Positions 57,570-64,000 of a DNA stretch of 64,000 bases are shown here, piece after piece. Origin of the DNA: a virus; the IMG/VR virus record IMGVR_UViG_3300033153_016044, positions 1 to 64,000 of that record. One strand, 5' to 3'. Every line of letters starts with the position of its first letter. Positions within the stretch are counted from its first letter, which is position 1. Under the pieces are notes generated by a model. That model searched no databases and was not told the origin of the DNA. It worked only from the letters and a program-made list of their open reading frames with translations. The translations under genes and the position numbers were made by a program.

Positions 57570-57597
57570 TTAATCTTCTCCATTGGTAGCTAAGGAA

Positions 57598-58275
57598 TTA
57601 TTCCTTCCTAGGTCTACTCTCTACGGAATCGCGAATTAATATCCACTCACTGAGTAACTTTGCGCCTTTACTTAAGTTACACGATTCACATGCTATCGTA
57701 ACATTATTAATACAATTTTGGCCGGCTCTTGATAAAGGAATAATGTGGTCTATAGTTAATTTAACTTCAACTTTTCCACAATACTCACAATACGGATGCC
57801 GGGCTAACAACTCTTCTATCTGTTTAAAGCTCAGGGTATTATTGCCATTTATTCTTGCCCACTCTCTTGTTCTGTGTGAGCTGGCTTTACTTTGGTTCCT
57901 AGCACGCTCAAGATTATTATGATACCAAGACTTCCAGTAATCTCTAATCCTTTGCCTATTAAGCTTTACGTATTCCTTATGTCTCTCTGAGATATATTCT
58001 TTATTATTAATACGCCAGGCCTTATCCTGCTGAGCTTTCTTTACCTTAGCTTCAGGCCTCTGTCTTAGTTCAGAACGACGTTTAAGAATCTCATCATTAT
58101 TTTCTTGGTAATGGTTCCTAACTCTAGCAATTACCTTTTCTTGATTGGCTAAGTAATATTCCTTATTGCAGGCTTTACACTTAGGCTGACGTCCATCGGT
58201 TTTATTGCGAGCATTCTTAGCAAACTTATCTAACTGCTTTGCTTTGAAGCATCTCGTGCATTTCTTAACGCGCAT
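57598..58275 (-). CDS. Free-standing HNH homing endonuclease
   Basis: KKCTRC...CKAC N-terminus; CEYCG..LTIDHIIPLSRAG..NV..ACESCNLSK. Confidence 0.9.
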   Translation of the reverse strand: MRVKKCTRCFKAKQLDKFAKNARNKTDGRQPKCKACNKEYYLANQEKVIARVRNHYQENNDEILKRRSELRQRPEAKVKKAQQDKAWRINNKEYISERHKEYVKLNRQRIRDYWKSWYHNNLERARNQSKASSHRTREWARINGNNTLSFKQIEELLARHPYCEYCGKVEVKLTIDHIIPLSRAGQNCINNVTIACESCNLSKGAKLLSEWILIRDSVESRPRKE

Positions 58276-58295
58276 AGAATATTCGACCGTCCTTT

Positions 58296-58315
58296 CCTAC
58301 TATATAATACACCGC
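58296..58315 (-). promoter_or_regulatory. Putative late promoter-like motif
   Basis: GCGGTGTATTATATAGTAGG, related to the CGCGTATA.T...AGTAG element. Confidence 0.45.
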
Positions 58316-59242
58316 CTAGAAGTTCGGATACACCCTTATAAGAAAATTAATCTGTGTTCTTTCAATATTATAAAAAGGAGTGACTCTCCTGGAATCAATC
58401 TCGTCAATATAGATGCGTCTCCAGAAATGAGGACTACCCAAGTTGGCAAGCGTATCATAACTACTGAATGCTAGATTCTTATCGTTACGATAATCAAGGG
58501 GATAAGGAGCTGTATTAAAGTCTATGCCTAAGGCGACAACATGTTCTTGTGAACCAACCAAATCTTCTATCTGGTCCCTAGTATAGTCATCCCTAGCCCA
58601 TACGATAAGGGAGCCTTGTAGGTCTAGCCTGTTCGATGCGTTACCTAGCTCATAAGAGTCATAGCTCATTTGGGTTACGTCAATCATTACCATAGGAAGA
58701 GTTCTGCTGTTCTCTTCTGGGAACGTTATAACTCCTGTCTGGTATGGGTTGTCTTTATATGCAGTTTCAAAATAGAATTCTTTTTGTTCATTCTCAAACG
58801 TCGCAGCTAGGGCAACCGTTATTTCTTTATAGGAGAACTCTCCCTGAACAGTCGACGTCAGGGTAATGGGGGTGTCAAATATGACACGTCCGTTACGGTA
58901 GTCTAGAGCGTGTGAGAAGGCCGGATTAAAGCCCGGGGCTGCTGAGTCCTTTGGGTAGAATACACCGTCCACAGTGACCCCTGAGGCGACGAGAGGGGGT
59001 GTTGTTGTTGACTCTGTAGGTATGATTCCGCTCTCGTGAACCCACTCTTTAAATGCCGATTGCCAGACCCTCCCATCTGCATAGGAAAAGTCCGATACAT
59101 TAATCATCTCACTTATATCTCTGCTGTAAACATCAGTCTCGCCAGTAGATACGTCTGTGAAAAATCCATCCTTAAGGAATAGGTTATTCAGCCATAGGTC
59201 AAGGTTTGATTTGACCAAAGCTTTGCGTCTTAATCTCGGCAT
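58316..59242 (-). CDS. Putative tail terminator/completion protein
   Basis: Position before tube gene; LPMVMID...YELG...IVWARD..RDQI pattern. Confidence 0.55.
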   Translation of the reverse strand: MPRLRRKALVKSNLDLWLNNLFLKDGFFTDVSTGETDVYSRDISEMINVSDFSYADGRVWQSAFKEWVHESGIIPTESTTTPPLVASGVTVDGVFYPKDSAAPGFNPAFSHALDYRNGRVIFDTPITLTSTVQGEFSYKEITVALAATFENEQKEFYFETAYKDNPYQTGVITFPEENSRTLPMVMIDVTQMSYDSYELGNASNRLDLQGSLIVWARDDYTRDQIEDLVGSQEHVVALGIDFNTAPYPLDYRNDKNLAFSSYDTLANLGSPHFWRRIYIDEIDSRRVTPFYNIERTQINFLIRVYPNF

Positions 59243-59243
59243 A

Positions 59244-60020
59244 TTAACCCTCCACGATACTGTTTCTGATACTCTTTGCTATTTTGTTTTTAAATGCTGC
59301 GGACCTTAAGGACTTACCTATCTCAGCTAGTAGCTTACCAAAGGTGTTAGCTCGCCCCCTGCCGCGAAATGTAAATTGCTGTGCAGGAATCTTCAGCTTA
59401 CCTACGGGGACCATGTGTCCAAGTCCGGTTCTAGAGAAGTTAGGATTAAAGTCAGGTCCTCCAGTTACGAAGGCAAACTCTGTTTCACCATCTGGGTATT
59501 CTCTTGTCTGCTCAGTGGGGACGCCATCTATGAGATTTTGCATCCATGAGATTTGAAAATCTGAATCCCCTCTCTTTCGAGATATATATGTTGACCTAAA
59601 GTTATTAAAGAAACTATCTAAATTAATCGTATATGTAATTCTTCCGAAGTTACCAGCTCTAGCCTTTCTAAAAGAAGACGATAGTGCTGCGATTCCTTTT
59701 CCTTTAATAGGCCTAAGCAATGTCCAGGCAGCATCTTCACCAGCATACTTTTGCGTTGATGGTCTGCCGGCCTGACTTCCTGTAGATGACTGACCAATTC
59801 CAAGAAAGCCAACCAGGTCATCCCCACCTTCGGGACCTCTGTCTGGTCTGAATAAATCTTGGTTATTATTAACAGTCTTTTCTATTTGACTTAGTGCTAA
59901 GTTCTCCACTGAAGCCTTTAGCTTCCTAGAAGAAAGACCTGCGAGTATAGCATCCCTTAAGATTTTTTCTGCTCTGTCCAAGTTTATTGAAGCACTAACT
60001 GATTCAGGTATCTTAGCCAT
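59244..60020 (-). CDS. Putative neck/tail-completion protein
   Basis: Position; basic; SRTG.G.M motif. Confidence 0.45.
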   Translation of the reverse strand: MAKIPESVSASINLDRAEKILRDAILAGLSSRKLKASVENLALSQIEKTVNNNQDLFRPDRGPEGGDDLVGFLGIGQSSTGSQAGRPSTQKYAGEDAAWTLLRPIKGKGIAALSSSFRKARAGNFGRITYTINLDSFFNNFRSTYISRKRGDSDFQISWMQNLIDGVPTEQTREYPDGETEFAFVTGGPDFNPNFSRTGLGHMVPVGKLKIPAQQFTFRGRGRANTFGKLLAEIGKSLRSAAFKNKIAKSIRNSIVEG

Positions 60021-60547
60021 TATCTATTAACTACCTTCCACCAAGTTATGGCATAGAGAAGAGGAGCTTTACCGAAGCCAGTGCGCTTAGGCTCTCTAAA
60101 TAGTTCTACGTTAACCTCATCTATAGTCGCACCAACAGATTGTCTTAGGTGGTCTATCGAAGAGTAAACTGTCTTTGTTCTCACAAAGTTTGCCCCCTTT
60201 CTTCCTGGTGCAAAAGTCTCCTGTGTATTTCGTGTGCTCTCATTAAATGGCTCTTCTGTCCACCTAATGTTTGCCACGTATACTGTTTGATTATTCTCTA
60301 CTAAGAATCCTTGACCCTTACATGTCTCGCAAATCTTACCGTTTGTTCCAATGTATCTCTGGTAGGTTGAATTATATTTGCAGTTTACATCTGGGCATGC
60401 ACTTTTACTAGCAGGAAGATGAATAGTTATATCTCTTCCTAGTCCAACCAGCACTGTATCCATAGAGTTTTGAAATGCTGGTTTGAAGTCAATTAGATTG
60501 CCAGATGGCAAAGTAGGAAATGATTGAGAGTTTGGTATTATAGCCAT
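60020..60547 (-). CDS. Putative head-closure/head-tail joining protein with Zn motif
   Basis: CPDVNC...CETCKGQG; position. Confidence 0.5.
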   Translation of the reverse strand: MAIIPNSQSFPTLPSGNLIDFKPAFQNSMDTVLVGLGRDITIHLPASKSACPDVNCKYNSTYQRYIGTNGKICETCKGQGFLVENNQTVYVANIRWTEEPFNESTRNTQETFAPGRKGANFVRTKTVYSSIDHLRQSVGATIDEVNVELFREPKRTGFGKAPLLYAITWWKVVNR

Positions 60548-60552
60548 AAGGA

Positions 60553-60933
60553 TTACCAGATATCATATCCACAAGTTCTTTTAAGTTTTTCTATTATCAT
60601 TTCTTTTTTGTATGTCGCGCAGGGGCCGTATTCGCTATCAAAGAATTTACTTCTAGCGTCTCCCTTTCCTCTATTATCAAGCGCCTGTTCTCCATCCACA
60701 ACTCTAATGCCGATTTGGTCACTATTTAAATCATAGCTAAAGTCTCTCTGAGATAGTAAGCACTCAGACTGCATTAGAACTAAGTCTTCTAGTGTACCGT
60801 CCTGTGGTGTAATACATCCGGACGCATCAACAACAATTTCATCATTTGTATTAAATAGACACAACTCTCTATTAACTCTTCTTGCGGCCTTCCTTAAGAT
60901 GGCGAGTAGTTGTGCATCACTAAGTCTTGGCAT
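60553..60933 (-). CDS. Putative head-tail connector
   Basis: AAGGAG SD; LSDAQL..IL..AA..V.. helix; position. Confidence 0.5.
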   Translation of the reverse strand: MPRLSDAQLLAILRKAARRVNRELCLFNTNDEIVVDASGCITPQDGTLEDLVLMQSECLLSQRDFSYDLNSDQIGIRVVDGEQALDNRGKGDARSKFFDSEYGPCATYKKEMIIEKLKRTCGYDIW

Positions 60934-61000
60934 CTTGCATCTCCTTTTCTAAATCTTTCGGTAAATTCAGCCATTACTATCCTCTATTCATTTTGTTATT

Positions 61001-63268
61001 TTAAGTTATAGTATTACCATCTGTAAATCCAACTCCCTCAATACTCATTGCAATCATGGTTAATTGACTACCTATAGACGTAGGCGTCATTTCCATAAAA
61101 ATAAAATCTCCTGCATAATAATCAGAAATATCAACTCCTGTAAATTCTGCGACTACAACATTAGACTTATTAGTAGATGGATTTGGCGTTACAATAGGAC
61201 TACTCGGTGGATTAATAGGTGTAAGGGAATCTGTTAGGGCAGCAACACTTATATCTCTTCCTATTGGAACCTTTCCTCCTGCCGGGTCTGCAATAAGATT
61301 TTCAACTGTCTCTGCCGGAACATAAAGCATTTCGATAGTGCTTGTACCACCACTAGAGTGAAAGCCATAATACAACTTTATAGTAACAGGATGGGCCGTA
61401 CATGTTCCTTGTGGTATAATCAGAAAAGACTCAACCGTATCTCCTGTATTATCTAACTTCCCCTTTTCAAGCTTCTGGTTCCACCCTGTCCCTCCTGCTC
61501 CTAAATCAATATCACTATTAGTTAAATTAGTGCCTTGCCACTTTACCTGAGATACATCAACATTTTTCGTCCACATAGCAAGACCTTTAGCTAAACGATT
61601 ACCTCGATTATTAATCGTTGTATGAGAAGGTATCAGCTTCATCCTTTCAAGTACAGGTGCTGTAGTTATGGTAGTGGCAATTCTTACACGCATCCAGTGA
61701 CCTAAAGTTCCGTTAATAGTCGTCTCAGGCCAAGTAGTACTCCCATCAATTCCTACAAATATTGATTCATCGCTACTTGCTCTAATAAATACATTATTAG
61801 CATATCTATACCCTTCTTCATTACTTACCGCCATTACATTAATTTCTGTCCAAGTATTTGCTGCTGTTTGAATTTCCCAAATATAAGTTCCACCAACACC
61901 TGCAATAGTTTGGTCTAACTCAACTCCCCAGGATTTAAGTTTATTCCCCGTATTATCTGTCCGGTTAGTACACCAAAGAATGCTGTGCCCCGCCGTTAAG
62001 CCTTGAAAAGAAAAAGTAGAACCCGACTTGCTTTCTGCTTCTACTGATTCATCAACAAACGTACTTCCATTATTACTTGGACTTGCTGTATTATCAGTTG
62101 TTAACACGGTATTATTTTTAGAATAGCTAATTCCCTCTCCAGCACTCCATCCACTTCCAAACTCTGGATGACCGATGGCCATCTTTGCTCCCCACAATTG
62201 CCAAGTAGCATTTTCTGTGTCATCAGACTTAGTAAAAAATGTCCATGCGTGGTCAGCATCAAACCATGTATCAGGAATACTAAACTTTGGCTCCATATGG
62301 AGAGATAGACGAACAGTACCCGTAGCTCCTGTTAATCCTGAATCAATAAGAATATTAAAGGTAGATGCTTCAAATAAACCCCCCGTTACTCGCACGTCCG
62401 CAGAATTATCTGAAATGCGAAGGGCATTTGTCATATTAAATAGGTTAACACCAATACCAATAAATATAGCGTCCAACACTTGTACGCCAGTTGTTATTGT
62501 TGGGGCTCCCATATTAGGATGAATGATTTGTCCTCTTGCTCCACCACTAAGCCTAATACCTACTGCCACTGCTCCAGCAGTTCCGGGTACATGGCACGAA
62601 TCAAGTGCTAGAACACCCGCAGTAGCCTCAATGATAGCATCACAATCTCCGGTCCCGTATCGAACTTCACTTGCGATAAGTTTGCCCGCGCCACTAAGCC
62701 GCAAACCAACACCATTCGCACCAGCGCCATTCAATGTTATATTTAATATCGTAGCAACCCCGGCAGCAGCAGTCACGGATACCGCTGGCACTGCATCAGT
62801 TGTCATCGTAACTGTGAATCCGTCTAACTTTCCTCCTGCGGCTACTGTCACCCTAGTTCCAGTAACTGCCGCACCGCTAATAGTGGTAACCGTCCAGCCA
62901 CCCTCAGACTGCAATACGACATCAGTAGGAACACTTAAGCCGCTCTCAGCGTATGTGCCTGGTCTCACGATTACAGCATCACCAGGCGCAGCAGCAGCAA
63001 GCGCGGCGGCAATCGTCAAATACGGAAGGTCAAGCCGATTAGGTAATGCTGTTCCATTATCTCCAGCCTTGTCTACCCAATTGATATTCGTAGTGGTTAA
63101 AACTGCAGTGGCTATTACTCCCGTTAAAGAAGCTTGGTCCACAAACGTTGGATTATTTTGGTCACTCCAAGCAAGCACTTGGCCTGGCCCTCCAACAACT
63201 ACAGTAGTACTATCACCATCTGTGAATGCCATTAGTCCACTAGTTGCGCTTTCTCCTTGCCATGTCAT
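61001..63268 (-). CDS. Putative fibre/spike protein with beta-helix-like domain
   Basis: PYLTIAAALAAAAPGDAVIVRPGTYAE cap motif typical of right-handed beta-helices; ATG at 63268 (TAATG overlap). Confidence 0.65.
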   Translation of the reverse strand: MTWQGESATSGLMAFTDGDSTTVVVGGPGQVLAWSDQNNPTFVDQASLTGVIATAVLTTTNINWVDKAGDNGTALPNRLDLPYLTIAAALAAAAPGDAVIVRPGTYAESGLSVPTDVVLQSEGGWTVTTISGAAVTGTRVTVAAGGKLDGFTVTMTTDAVPAVSVTAAAGVATILNITLNGAGANGVGLRLSGAGKLIASEVRYGTGDCDAIIEATAGVLALDSCHVPGTAGAVAVGIRLSGGARGQIIHPNMGAPTITTGVQVLDAIFIGIGVNLFNMTNALRISDNSADVRVTGGLFEASTFNILIDSGLTGATGTVRLSLHMEPKFSIPDTWFDADHAWTFFTKSDDTENATWQLWGAKMAIGHPEFGSGWSAGEGISYSKNNTVLTTDNTASPSNNGSTFVDESVEAESKSGSTFSFQGLTAGHSILWCTNRTDNTGNKLKSWGVELDQTIAGVGGTYIWEIQTAANTWTEINVMAVSNEEGYRYANNVFIRASSDESIFVGIDGSTTWPETTINGTLGHWMRVRIATTITTAPVLERMKLIPSHTTINNRGNRLAKGLAMWTKNVDVSQVKWQGTNLTNSDIDLGAGGTGWNQKLEKGKLDNTGDTVESFLIIPQGTCTAHPVTIKLYYGFHSSGGTSTIEMLYVPAETVENLIADPAGGKVPIGRDISVAALTDSLTPINPPSSPIVTPNPSTNKSNVVVAEFTGVDISDYYAGDFIFMEMTPTSIGSQLTMIAMSIEGVGFTDGNTIT

Positions 63269-63969
63269 TAGATTATATTCCACTCCGTTCCGTTCCACAG
63301 AAGACAGTATGCCTGATAATTCTGTGCTAACAGAACCGTAGATACTCCATCTATAGTAACTCCACTACTGGGGGCTATAGTTATATTATTAGTATTTGCA
63401 CTACCGTCTCCATCTTTGATTATTAATTCTTGTCCGAAGAGTGGAACGCTAGGTAGATTTACGGTTGTAGGACCACCTGTCTTTACTATTACTCTATTAT
63501 TATCTGAATCTAGATTTATTATAGTTCCAGATGTAAAAATTTCTATCTCATTTGAAGGCTTCTTCCACTGTAGAAAATTTCCACTTGAGATACCGAGGAA
63601 CTGCCCAGGTATTCCAATTGGAAATCTTAACCACGATGGCCCTGCTCCAGACGCAACAATTATATCTCCAACTACAGGAGATGCCACCACTGTATCAAGG
63701 TGAACAGAAGATAGTAGATTATGTGGACCAATTCCACTAGCGCCTGCACCAGATGCAGACGGAGCCCACTGACTTCCATCAAACGTCAGTACATCACCAA
63801 ACACAGGGATGGCAGTAGAAACTGACTGCCCCTGTAGTCCAATGACTAGTAAATTATCTATAGGACCAGTAACATCTCCGTTAGGAAATTCCCAATCTGT
63901 TCTTGCAATACCTCCGCCAATATTGATGGTCCAAAAAGCACCACTTGGAGCGTACCCTGCCCAGGACAT
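63268..63969 (-). CDS. Putative virion fibre/decoration protein
   Basis: GAGGAGG SD; GDVLTFDGSQWAP; TVNLP...GQELIIKD..G.A.TNNITI...IDG...WNII C-terminal module. Confidence 0.6.
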   Translation of the reverse strand: MSWAGYAPSGAFWTINIGGGIARTDWEFPNGDVTGPIDNLLVIGLQGQSVSTAIPVFGDVLTFDGSQWAPSASGAGASGIGPHNLLSSVHLDTVVASPVVGDIIVASGAGPSWLRFPIGIPGQFLGISSGNFLQWKKPSNEIEIFTSGTIINLDSDNNRVIVKTGGPTTVNLPSVPLFGQELIIKDGDGSANTNNITIAPSSGVTIDGVSTVLLAQNYQAYCLLWNGTEWNII

Positions 63970-64000
63970 ATGTCCTCCTCTTAGCTAAAATAGATTATAG

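Noticed and set aside
60895-60975. 26-codon ORF (MAEFTERFRKGD...) with SD, overlapping the head-tail connector start
   Set aside because: Too short, with no motif; the downstream gene has its own strong SD and I saw no convincing slippery site.
62523-63341. 272-aa plus-strand ORF (and similar ones at 45293-46111, 51152-51775, 41753-42232)
   Set aside because: Antisense shadows of Ala/Gly/Thr-rich minus-strand genes; no recognisable motifs.
1-64000. Genome-wide stop-codon reassignment
   Set aside because: TAA, TAG and TGA all end genes at tight junctions and conserved proteins are full length.
1-64000. tRNA, rRNA, integrase or IS elements
   Set aside because: None recognised; intergenic gaps are short and explained by promoters, terminators or small ORFs.

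Overview
This 64 kb window is a segment of a large dsDNA bacteriophage (or prophage) genome. Every credible gene lies on the minus strand, tightly packed, with TAA/TAG/TGA stops and many ATGA/TAATG overlaps. In transcription order (right to left) there are three blocks. (1) A virion module (~33.8-64 kb): fibre-like proteins, head-tail joining genes, a free-standing HNH endonuclease, a probable major tail tube protein, chaperone-like genes, a 3316-aa tape measure protein and tail-tip proteins; no sheath gene is visible. (2) A replication/nucleotide module (~19.4-33.8 kb): RecA, DnaB, DnaG, ThyX, Tdk, Dut, MazG-like, dATP/dGTP diphosphohydrolase, SSB, a truncated sigma-like protein, and a DnaE split into two intein-free genes. 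(3) A >=19 kb glycosylation island (1-19.4 kb, open at the left edge): about 10 glycosyltransferases, NDP-sugar epimerase/reductase/2-epimerase enzymes, a sugar C-methyltransferase and O-methyltransferases. The strongest candidate for a novel system is phage-encoded virion glycosylation, supported by a hand-counted Ser-Gly excess in predicted exposed virion proteins but not in the tape measure. Other signals are an in-frame UGA followed by a SECIS-like hairpin, an apparent ATT start for the tail tube gene, a conserved phage promoter motif, and apparent absence of GATC. All family assignments come from motif recognition by eye; no searches were run.
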